Below are positions 47,824-64,000 of a DNA stretch of 64,000 nt, in pieces. The stretch is from Salpingoeca rosetta (taxonomy: Eukaryota; Protista; Choanoflagellata). A program made the position numbers and the translations under genes. The stretch lies in assembly GCA_033442325.1 (NCBI GenBank), contig JAWQFM010000013.1, positions 1,024,885-1,088,884 of the forward strand. Direction: 5' to 3'. The notes below the pieces were generated by a model that saw only the letters and a list, made by a program, of their open reading frames with translations, did no database searches and was not told the DNA's origin. The first letter of the stretch is position 1; each line of letters starts with the position of its first letter.

Positions 47824-49490
47824 TGTGTCTGTGTGTCTGTGTCTGTGTGTCTGTGTCTGTGTGTCTGTCTATTTGTTTGTGTGTGCGTGCTTGTGTGCAA
47901 TAGCGCAGCCTTTGTGTTGCCTTGCATTTTCAGCATGCTTTGTTCACGTGTTTCGGTCTCACATGTGCTGCCTGCGGTGTGCATTGATTGATGATCGTAG
48001 TTGAGCAGAAGTTGAAGGAGCTGAAGGCAGGGGTTGAGGTTGGCAGCTTACCGACATGCCTTGCAGTCAACAACTGCACGGGATACAACAGCCCCATCAA
48101 GGCTGGCGAACAGATGCTGAAGCCTGGTGACATTGTCAAGATGTGAGTGTGGCATGTGGTGTGGTGTGTTTGCTGTGTGCAGCTGTGCGTATTGTGTGTA
48201 TGTGTGTGAGCGGGTGTGTTGTCTTGTGTGTCACGTTACCATATCGTTTGCCTCACTTGTCACGTCCATCTCCCTTCATCACCGATCTCATCCATCCCCG
48301 ACTGCACCTTGTCCTCACGCGCATCGTCTTGGTTGCAGCACCACGGGCTGCCATGTGGATGGTCACATTGCTGTCAACGGGCACACGCATGTTGTGGGCG
48401 TGCTGGACAAGCCCATGACAGGCCGCCAAGCAGATGTCGTCGTTGCCACACACTGCGCCGCCGAGGCAGTACACCGCATGCTGCGCCCAGGCCTCAAGGT
48501 GCGGTGGCGAGGAGGTGTCGGAGTGGGTGTTCGTTGTGGGGGCTTGTGGGAGATTGTGGGAGCTTGTGGAATTGTTGCAGGGATGATGGTGTCGGTGATT
48601 GCGTGGTTATGGTGTCATTGTTGTGTCACTCAATGTGCGCATGCACCTTCGCGCAAATGCACGGCTCCCGCGCGCTCACACCTATGAACACATGCAGAGC
48701 GAGGCCATCCCACACATGATTGAGACGATTGCGTCATACTTCCGGTGCAAGCCCGTGGCGACCAACTACACGTGCAACATGCGGCGATTTGTGCTTGAGG
48801 GCGACAAGATTGTGCTCAACGGCAAGTCTGAGGACTGCCCGCCGCCGTTTGTCGTGGAGGAGGATGACGTCTTCAACGTCGACATCATGCTCTCGACCGG
48901 AGCAGGCAGCGTCCGCGACAGGGGCGCCCGCCCCACAGGTGCGCTGTGTGTGTCTGTGTGTGTGTGGGGGGGTGCGTGTGTGTGTGTGTGTGTCTGTCTG
49001 TCTGTCTGTGTGTGTGTGTGTGTGAGTTTGTCTCTGTGTGCGAGCCTGTGTCTGTGTGTCTGTGTGTGTTCCCCTGACTTGCGTGTGCAACAACTTGGCC
49101 TCCGACCTCACGCACGTCGCTTCCCCTCGCCCCCCGCTTCCCCCTGCCTCCCCTTGTCTTCTCTTCCCTTTTCTTCCCCTCCCTTTTACCACAACCTCTC
49201 TCAGTGTACCAGCGCGACCTCAACCAGCGGTACGACCTGCGCACGCGCGCTGCCCGCTCGCTGTACTCGCAGGTCACGGCGCGGCACCCGTCCATGCCCT
49301 TCTCCATCCGCGGGTTCGCCCTCAAGGACAGGCTCGGCCTCAAGGTCGGTGGTGTTGGCGTTGGCGGTGTTGGCGGTGTTGTGGGGAGAGGGGGATTGCA
49401 ATGTGATTGGTGCTTGGATGCGTGGATGATGAAATACCTGACCTGCGAGTTTGGCATGCGAGTTTGGCGTGCTCACACACACACGCACAC

Positions 49491-49557
<67 letters not shown>

Positions 49558-49585
49558 TACACACGCTTACACGCTTACACACACG

Positions 49586-49637
<52 letters not shown>

Positions 49638-50304
49638 GGACTGTCTGGACCACAAGCTGCTGCTGCTTCCGTATGACATCAACTACGAGCGGGAGGGCGA
49701 GTTTGTTGCACAGATCAAGTTTACGGCCATTGTCAAGGCCGAGGGCACGCTCAGGCTCTGCAGCCACCCGCCCCCATACGTCAGGACAATCTACGAGTCA
49801 GTTTGGCGTGCTATTGAACGGTGGATCAGAAGGTGGTGGGAGGGTTGTGGGAGGGTAGTGGGAGGGATATGGGGATAAGGCTGGAAGGGTGGAAGGAGCG
49901 GAGGTTAGTGTGGTGGGGCATCGTATCTGGATGATTGTGTGCGGTTGTGGTTTGGTGTTGCCCGTTGGCTGATGTTGTGTCTCAATTGCTACAATGCATG
50001 CTGTGTCAGGATCAAGAGCAAAGAGGTGCAGGAGCTGCTGCAGGAGGACGCCCCCAAGGAAGGCCCAACAACACCGCTCCCCGTCAACTGCAAGGTGTGT
50101 CTGTGTGTGCGTGTGTGTGTGTGTGTGTCTGTGTCTGTGTCTCTGTCTGTGTCTGTGTCTCTGTGTGTATTGTATGTAATTCATGCCACTACCACTGACC
50201 TGCTTCTTGTTCTTCCACTCACCACCCACCACCATCACCGTTGACCATTTTGTGTGTCCTCGCAACAGCCTGAGGAGTTCCAGGCCGTGCAAGCAGAGGA
50301 GTGA
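47564..50304 (+). CDS. PA2G4/Ebp1-like protein (non-catalytic M24 aminopeptidase fold)
   Basis: [10 protein letters not shown]; [10 protein letters not shown]; [21 protein letters not shown]; [24 protein letters not shown]; [21 protein letters not shown]; [16 protein letters not shown]. Stop TGA at 50302-50304. Confidence 0.85.
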
Positions 50305-51763
50305 ACGCGTCTGCGCGCTCACGTGACATGGGCTGATTCTTTGCGGTTGATGTTTCTTGTTCATGTACACAAATACGTCCCTACATACACGCGCAGTACA
50401 ATGGTGAACAAAACAGAAGTGGTGGCAATGAAAGAGGCATGGCGCGTTCACAGCGGGACGAGCGACGAGCACAGCACAAACGGTGGAGCAATATCAACAA
50501 CACGCAGAGGACAGCGCGGGTGGGCACGCCCACGATGGCCAGGGCGAAAGGAAGGTCACGAAAGAAATAAAAAAAAAGGAAGCAAGAAGAGAAGCAAGGC
50601 ATGCATGGAGGCAGCATGCGGGCAGCATGCGGGCAACTCTTGTACAGTGCAAGGTGTCACCGTTCATGTCACACACCAAAGCCAACGACGAGTGCATAAT
50701 AAAACACGGGGGTGGTTGGTGAGGAATAACGGGGAGTCACAAGGAAAACCGAGCACGGGTTGTCACATCACATCGTAGTGTCACATCAGTGGTTGTGTTC
50801 GGGTCAACGCATGACGTCATCACACACGAATCACGCTATCACGTGCGTGCTTCAGTAAAGTGGAGACGCACGCGCTCAGGACTGATGACAGGCGGCCACA
50901 CATTCGACTGTTTCGTGCATTTTGTCATCGTTCCACTGTATTCAGTCGTGAAGGCAAGCAGCGGCAAGCAATTAGCGACCTCAATCGCTTCCGCGAACCA
51001 ACTGCCACCTCAGGTGGCACGGAAGCCTGGAAGCAGATCGCAAGCGATGGCGACGACACCAATGACAGCAACGATAGCAACGTTGGAAACGAAGTGACAT
51101 GAACGCTTTTGGAAAAACAAAAAACAATCAAGCAAACAGTAGCAAAAGAAGCAAATCGGGGCGTGGACCTGAGCTCAGACACATCGACATGATGTCTGTG
51201 TCACAAGCGCCTCACGCACAAGCACGAGAAAAAGAAAAGAAAGAAACATGCGCGTACGCACACGCACACATACGCACACATACACACACGCACACACATA
51301 CACATACACATACACACACGCACACACAATTGGGTGGGCTTTCAATTTTGAAAGCATCCAGCGACAGGTTGCGACAATAGGACCAGCACCGCCAACATCG
51401 AGAGAGTAAGTTGAAGAAGGAGACAACAGGACAAACGGCACGCCTTTGGAGAAGCACAAACACAAGTACACAAAGGACAAAACGCCGAACATGAATGAAT
51501 ACAGAAAAAAAAAAGAAAACACAACCACACGTGCACAGACACGCACACGCGCGCACACACGTTAACAAACAAAACAAAGGCCGGTGCTGGCCCTCATGCG
51601 CAATCGCACTGGTGTTGATTCCGCAACAAACCAAACCAAAAAAAAGGTGAGTGCTCCAACTTTGGAGTCACTGAGGAAAAGAAGAAGGGGGCGAATCAGA
51701 CGTGGCACGCAATACAAACGATGGAAGGTGGCGGTCGACTAGAACCAAGGCACCATCAAACCA

Positions 51764-53353
51764 TCAAGTGTGAAAGACGCCACAAAAGCCATCCCTCCTC
51801 CTCCTTCCCCTGGTTGTCCCCGCTTGACTTGGCATCAGCCACGGCGGTGGGAACGGTTCCGCCGAAAGGCAGCCCTCGCCTGCGCAAAGCCGCGGCGGTG
51901 GCTCGTCAGCGGGTGTGTCCGCTGCAGCAGGCGCCCTGCACACAATAGAAAAACACGCGCGCGTGGTGTAACAACACATAGGAAGCAAGGATGAGATCAC
52001 ACGCACATACACACATGCACACATGCACACACACATGCACACACACACACACATATATATGCACACATGCACACACACACACATGCACACATGCACCCAC
52101 GTTGAGCGCTGGACGTGATGTGGGCGGAGCGACACTTCCTGCTTGTGCCACACGAACTCTTGTTCTGCTTTGAGCCACGACGATTCTGGCATGCTGAAAA
52201 GGGGGGTGGCGGCGAGTGGCGGCTTGCTGTATGACAGAGAGGGAAGAGGAACAGCGTGGTGGACAGAAGGAACGTGGTGCAGCGTGGTGCAGCGTGGTGC
52301 AACGTGGTGGGAAGAGTCAATGGAAGAGTCAATTGGGGGAAGAGGGGACGCGAAGAAGCAATGGGCTGTGAGGCCGCACATACTCAGCACACAACGCAGC
52401 ACCAAACACCAGTACCACCAGCAGCAGCAGCAGCACCACCACCACCACCAGCCATGATCAACAAGGGAAGGCGTACTTGACCTTCGACGCTTGCGGCGCT
52501 TGCGGCGCTTGCGACGTCTGTTTCGATCACCACCATCGCGACGCCCGCCTCCACCACCGCCACCGCCGCCGCCACTGCCACTGCCATTGTTTCCGTTGTG
52601 CGGGTGTCGTGCATCATCACCGTCATCATCATCATCGCCGCGTGTTCTGTGGAATGAAGCGGGTAGGCTTTGGACGGCCGCAGAGTGTTGAGGAGAGGAT
52701 GTGGTGATGTCAACCTCAAGCATGTCATCATCGTCTGCTAGCTGGATCACGAAGGGGGCAATAAAGCCGACGACGAAGAAAGTGGCCAGCCTCTGCGCGT
52801 ATGCAGCACGGGTTGGGACGCCCTCCCCTTTCCGAGCTTGACACCCTTGTGGGTATGGCGTGTGTCGATGCTGCACGTGGGCGATCTTCTTTGCGTGCGT
52901 CTTATTGCGGACTCCTTCCATGTTGATGTTGCCCAAGGGCTGGGCATGCTGGGAGCGGAAGAAGGGCTTCTGCTTGGCCTTGCTGTCATGGCTGCTGTTG
53001 TTGCTGTTCCGCGGGTTTCCGTGCGTGCCCCGCTGCGGTGGTTGCTTCTGCGGATCGTGGATTGAAGCGGCGTCAAACACAACCCCTGCACGTACTTCCG
53101 GATGCAGATGCTGAAGTGGTTGCTGCTTCTTCTGCGAGTCATGCAGTGCATGCGTACACGAGAAGTGAGGGGAACGTAACGAGGCTCGCTTGCTTGGTCG
53201 CTCGCTTGCCTGGCGACATTGCCCACGGGTGCGGCAATCACATGTCCACATAACATGTCCACACACACACACATGTACAGATGTACACACATGTACACAC
53301 ATGTACACACACATACATACACACACATGTCCACACACACACACATGTACACG

Positions 53354-53386
<33 letters not shown>

Positions 53387-54657
53387 CATACACACACACA
53401 CGCGCACACACATGTACACACACCTGGGCAAGGGTGTTGACGGCCGGGGTAGGATGTGGGACGTTTGCCACAAATGGCATTACCCGTTGGACGCAAGTCA
53501 GGCGATCGGCCATGGCCAGTTGCAATCACTGCTTTCTTCAAAGAACAAAGGAAAGGAAAGGAGAGGGGAAGGTGAGGCAAAGACGGCAGAAGCTGGAGCG
53601 CGTGCGGAGTCATCACCCGACGTGCACATCTTGTTCGAGGCTGGTCAACTCACCCAACCGCGGTCGTTCGCGGGCTTGTGCTGTTGTTTACGTGCTCGCT
53701 TCAAGTTGCTCGCTCAAGCGCTCAAGGCGGTGCTCGCTTCGAGTTGCTCGCTCAAGTGAGGCTTGTGGTATCTTGGGTGTTGCTGTTGGCTGACGGTGTT
53801 GACAACTTGTTCGCTGTGGCGGTGTCAGGGTGCCCTTCGTCGCAAGCCTTTCCTGGTGGAACCTGCCATCGCGGTGGTGATGTGATGTGTGACATGAAAC
53901 CAAAACAAACATCAACAAGGAAGGGTGGGGGCGGTCACATCCGATGGAAATGAAATGGTGACACAGCGAGAGCAAAGACATGCAATTAGGGGGGGGGGGG
54001 ATGAAAAATAAGGTGGGGGGCCAAGGGACAGGAGAGCGAACGAAGAACAGGAGAGAGAACGAAGATGCCGAAGAAGATCGCGTGCTTCTGCTTGCCTTTC
54101 TTCGTGTGCGGAGAAAGCTGACTTCGAGCTCTGCTTGGTGACGGTATCGTGTTGTGGAAAGTGGTGGTGGGTTGGGGTGGTTGGTTGTGAGGCAGCTGGC
54201 CTGCTTTTGTTTGGGTTGTTGTCGTGTACGCTCTGCTGTCAACGTTGACATGTCGAGCAGCTTGCGACAAGTGGTCCCAAAGCGGGGGCAACGCATGAGC
54301 AAGAGCTTGTGGAATTCGACCGAGTCGCTACGTGTTAGTGTGACATGTGGCATGCATGCACCACGACTTGCTCGCTCGCGGCGGGTGGGCGTTTGTATGT
54401 ATTTCAACTCCTCAACTCAGTCGCATACCAAGCACAACCACGCACGCTGTGATGACGTGATGAGGATGTGACGTGGGAAAGAACAACAACATCAACAACA
54501 GCACCTCTGTTCCTTCTCGATCTTGTGATCTCGCTGTCTCACGCAACCTGTTCTCGACTTCCATCCACCCCACACTCTTATCCATCCACCCTGTGTTTTT
54601 TTCCTCCTCCAACACCGGCCAACTTGCAGATGGGACTTGCCGTTTATGCCAGCCACA

Positions 54658-54704
<47 letters not shown>

Positions 54705-57700
54705 GAAGCACACAACCTTCCCCCTCCCCTTCTCCCTCCTTCCCTCAACAACCACCCCTCACACACTGCACCAGAATGAACAGCAGCCTCCACTCTCAGA
54801 AGAGCCACTGCATCAGGATCTTGTCTGGCGACAGGGTGCGGTAGTTGCTGTACTCGTGATACTCGATGGCCCGCTTTCGAAACGCGGCATCGCTGTGGCC
54901 GCCACCAGTCGTGGTGTCCTGCTGCGGTGTGTGGATGACGCGGCAATGCAACGCACGTTGGAAAGTGAGACGTTGGAGGGTGAGACGTAGAGGGTTCACA
55001 GGACAGCTGCGTACTCTCAGCCCACGTCATCCAGTTTCAAGAGACACACACGCAATCACCACACCACTGCTCCCTCCCTCCCCTTGTTTCCCTTTCCCTG
55101 ATCAACCCCAACCTACACACACACACACGCACGCACACACACACACGCTTCTTTTTTTCTTGTTCTCACCGCCATGACGAAGCGGTGATGTCGCGTCAAG
55201 AGCTCCGCGACTTCGGCCTTTACATGTTGCTGGAACGCTTGCTGTTTGTCTTGGGGAATGATGTAAGGGGTCAGCTCCACAGTCTCCCCGCATACCTGCA
55301 CGCAAACAGCACAGGCAAGAGGAAGGTGTGAGGACACGCAGTTGACGTTACGAGAGTAACATGCCCTTAGCTGAATGGTGGGGTTTGTGTTAGTCAAATG
55401 CATTGTTGTCTTCCTTTCTCACCTGCAAGCGATTGCAGACGCCTGCTTGTGACTGCACGGCTGGGGCGCCACCGTACTCGCGTGCAATTCGAGCGATGTG
55501 TTGGTTAATCTCCCTCTCGTTCAAATAAGCGCTGAATATCACCTGCTCAATGTCTGCGTGTGTGTGCGCGTGTGTGTGTACGTATGTGCGTGTACGTATG
55601 TGTGGGTGTGGGTGTGAGTGGGAGAATGAGGGTGGGAGTGACAGACAGGCAGACACACACACGCACACACACGCATGTACACACGCATGTACACACGCAC
55701 GTACTTGTGTGTGATAGCATATGCAAGAGTCTTCTGTTGCGGACGGGCTTGTTCTTTTTCGCCTTCACCAGCCGAATGCAATGGATAATCCACGTGTCTG
55801 CGGGCAGGCCAGCCATTCGGATGAAAACGAGGGTAAGAAGGGCCAAGGCGATGCAGTGGTGGCATCCACGCACCCAAAGCAACATCTATTCACACACATA
55901 CAAGCACAACACACACACACATTCACACACAAACACACAACACACAACACATTCACACACACACATATACATTCGCACACACACACACATACACATACAC
56001 ATACAGACACAGACAGACACACACACACACACACAGATATACCCCCCCCCCCCAAAAACACCCCACCTTTGTCAATGTATGAGGGCTTGGGACAGTTTTG
56101 CACGATGGCAGCCAAGGCGTCCCGCATTTCCTTGTTGTCCTTGCGACACGTATTGCACAGGAGCCGGGAGCGCCGAACCGTTGGCAACGGCCCGTTGCTG
56201 AGACCATCGCGCGCACGCACCCCTTCCGGCTTTTCCGTCACCTTCAGGCACACCAAGCATTGCATGGCTGCGTGACCGAGAGCCAAGCAAGCAAGCAAGC
56301 AAATGCATGCGACAGCGCAAGGGGAGGGCGTGGACGTGAGCAGCACGGAACAGAGACTGAGCCGGCGAGCGCACAGATACTCAGATAAAGCCGGCGAGTG
56401 TAGAGACAAAGTCAGCAAGCAAGTACAGAGACCGAGCCAGCAAGTACACAAACAGAGTCAGCATGGCGACCTAACCACCACTCATCCAAAGAAAGAGCAC
56501 CCACACTGGCGTGCCTTACGTTGGCGGCTTGTCGTTTGCCCTTGCGTCTGGTAAGTGGGCTGTTGCACCCTTTGCCCATCAACAGCTTGGTCGCTGCCGC
56601 CACCGTCATCATCATCATCATCATCTAACAAGTTGACAGTGCTGGCATTGCCGTCCCCGTCACCACTGAGGACACTTGCTGCACTCTCGCTTTGGACGCT
56701 CACTGGCTGCTCGAACAGCGTGTCCAGCGCAGGTTCGTGCTGGCAGCAGCCTTTTGCTCCTCCACGTCCTGCAGTCCCCTGGACGGGGGAAAGCGCGCGC
56801 TGGCTTGCCGTGGCAGAACGCTGCTGGCTGGTAGCAGCGCTGCTATTGCTGTTGGTGCTGCTGTTGGTGCTGCAGTTCTTGTTGATGCTGCTGGTCCTGG
56901 TCCTGCTGCTGCTGCTGTTCCTGCTGCTGCTGCTGGCAGTTGCGTGGTGGTGCGTGGCCGAAGGGCGAGGCCTGCTGTGTTGAATCATGTGAGCGGAGTG
57001 CGACCCTGTCAGGCGTTGCGACGGCTGACCATGTTGCGATGCTTGTTGCTGTGCCATATCGATCAGGGGCAAATCCAGCGCAGACGTGCCCGAGAACTGG
57101 TCCTGAAACTCTCTGCTCGGGTATGGGTGGCTTGGCTCCGTTGGTTGTGTTGGAGATGCATGGAGCAGTGGTTGAAACTGCTGGTGGTGCTGGTGTTGCT
57201 GTTGTTGCTGTTGCTGGTGCTGTTGCTGTTGCTGTTGGTGGTGTTGCGAAGAAGCCGCTGTTGGCACCGATGGTTGGTACTGCTGCTGTTGGTGCCAGTC
57301 TTGTTGTTGCTGTGGTGGTTGTTGTTGTGGTGGTGGTTGTTGTGGCTGTTGCTGTGCGGTGGCGAGGGAGCTGCGAAGGCGCTCAGCAAAATAGGGCTCC
57401 TCGTTGCTGTTGCTGCGTTTGGGCAGCGGCGAGCGTGCGTCTTGTGTGGCATGCAGTGGGTGCCATGAGCCGCCAGGAAAAGGGCCAGGGAGAGTGACGT
57501 CGTGCGATGGGAGGTAACTGTTTGCGGCACTCACCGGCGGCTGCTCCGGCGCATCCACATCCCCACTTGATGAGCCCTGGCCCAACGTCGGGATATACTG
57601 CTGCTCGTATGGCATTTCATACAGTGGTAGTGGGGAGAGTCGCTGTGTTGCCTGCTGCTGCTGCTGCTGCTGTTGCTGCTGTTGCTGCTGTTGTCGTTGC

Positions 57701-58230
57701 AACTGCTGTTGTCGTTGCAACTGCTGTTGCTGTTGTTGCTGTTGTTGCTGTTGTTGCTGTTGTTGCTGGAACGGTGCACGTGGCATCGTTGTCGAGGTTG
57801 GCGAAGCCTCCGTGTCGGACACGGTTCGGTGTTGCGGTTGGTCTCGGGCCGGCACGTGCTGCGGGACCTGTTGCCGTGGCTGGAGAGGAGGTGCTGTGGC
57901 TTGATGGTACAGGGAAGAGGATGGAAGGAGTGACACGGTGCTCCAGGCCAAGTCCTCGCTTGGCCCCGCAGTTGCCTGCGCTTGCTGCTGCTGCTCCAAC
58001 GTCTATCAAGCACAAGCACGGAGGTACAGACTTGGGGGATGAGGCTCTGAAGTCGCACAAGCCGCGTGACAATGCCCTCGCCGCAACGTACTCGCACCAG
58101 CAGCGTCAACAATGCCAGCACATGAGCATACATCAAGCAGTTTGCGAACCGCAAAAGGCAGCGTGGGTTCGCGTTGGTCTTCATGGTCAGTCCCTTGGTT
58201 CGGGTAGTTGCTCATGCCTGACTGTGGGGC
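51764..58230 (-). CDS. Uncharacterised multi-exon protein with large Gln-rich region and C4 zinc-finger-like module (boundaries tentative)
   Basis: Gln-rich ORF 56482-57999; exon [22 protein letters not shown]; further GT-AG exons at ~55.8k, 55.5k, 55.2k, 54.9k, 53.7k and 52.9k. Confidence 0.5.
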
Positions 58231-58267
58231 TGTGACGGGTCACGCGAACAATGTGCCTGCACTGCAT

Positions 58268-58360
<93 letters not shown>

Positions 58361-59125
58361 ACGGTGGAATCGATTTCATGAGCAGCTGCTCAGGCGTATC
58401 ACACGATGACACATACAAAAACCTCTGCCGAGACACGACTCACCCCAACCAGCGCTCACGTCACAAACACCACATGCTTGCATACACACCGAAGGCCTTG
58501 TTTCGTTGGTTGCCTTTGGAGCTTCGTGTAATACGCCAGGTGTCTGCTTCAGCAGGTCAACCTTGCTGTGGTCCAAAACAAAGGTAATGCGGTGTTGCAG
58601 GCGCTTGCAGTCGATTGCAGGTGTGGGAGTGTCGAACTGACGACGCTGTCTGCTCGTCCGTGGTCGGGTGCTGTTTGGTTGTTGTGTTCTTGTCTCGTCT
58701 ATCCTTTGTTCTCTTCGATCTCTTTGCGTGCTCCCTGCTTTGCGTTTGTTCGTTTCGTCCGATGGTGATGCTCACAATAACAAACGTGGCAAGAGAGAGA
58801 GAGAGGGGCGAGAGAGAGAGAGAGAGGACGCTGCTCTTTGCAAAGGTGTCCTGGCTGGGCTTGTGACCTTGTGGCGGTTTGTGTTTTGTCGACAAGCAGA
58901 GGGAATAAATGGGGATGTGTGTGTTTGCGTGTGTGTGTGTTTGCGTTGGCTGGTGTGCAGAGTCACGGACGGCGTCGAGGATGACACATCACATCAAGAA
59001 GAAGCGTTAGGAACGCATTGCTCACGTCCATGTCACACGTGTGTCACGCAATCACGTCATCGCACTTTTCAAAGTCGTTGGACTTTTCGACCAAGTTTGG
59101 TCTTTAATCGCGACAGGCATCAATT

Positions 59126-59137
59126 GCTGACGTCAGC
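59126..59137. promoter_or_regulatory. Palindromic CRE-like site GCTGACGTCAGC
   Basis: 12-bp perfect palindrome containing TGACGTCA, in the likely intergenic region upstream of the Gln-rich gene. Confidence 0.35.
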
Positions 59138-59282
59138 GGAAACGGCGCGAGTCGCTGAGCTTGAGCTCACACACAACAACAATACAACAGACGTCTCTCA
59201 ACAGCACACACACACACACACACACACCAACAACACCAACACCAACGCGACAACCAGACCAACAACCAAGCGGGAAGCGACA

Positions 59283-64000
<4,718 letters not shown>

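Overview
Intron-rich eukaryotic DNA with (CA)n/(GT)n-filled GT-AG introns and four 100-N scaffold gaps. The style suggests a choanoflagellate such as Salpingoeca (inference only). Most entries in the ORF track are microsatellite artefacts, so real genes were assembled exon by exon. In order: annexin (-); 7TM GPCR-like receptor with a long disordered tail (+); cytosolic isoleucyl-tRNA synthetase with an extra N-terminal coiled-coil/Lys-rich extension (+); second annexin (+); intronless Tyr/Thr-repeat type I membrane protein with a 1-nt frameshift (-); vWA/coiled-coil protein (-); CACHD1/alpha2delta-like vWA-dCache protein preceded in frame by a folate-receptor-like domain and a second signal peptide (+); PA2G4/Ebp1-like protein (+); and one or two uncharacterised minus-strand genes carrying a repeated CxxC...CNxCRK module. 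Two observations stand out. (1) A ~370-nt non-repetitive element (10751-11126) sits between microsatellites in IleRS intron 2 and can be folded by eye into a nested multi-domain RNA on the sense strand. (2) The CACHD1-like locus looks like a two-in-one GPI polyprotein.
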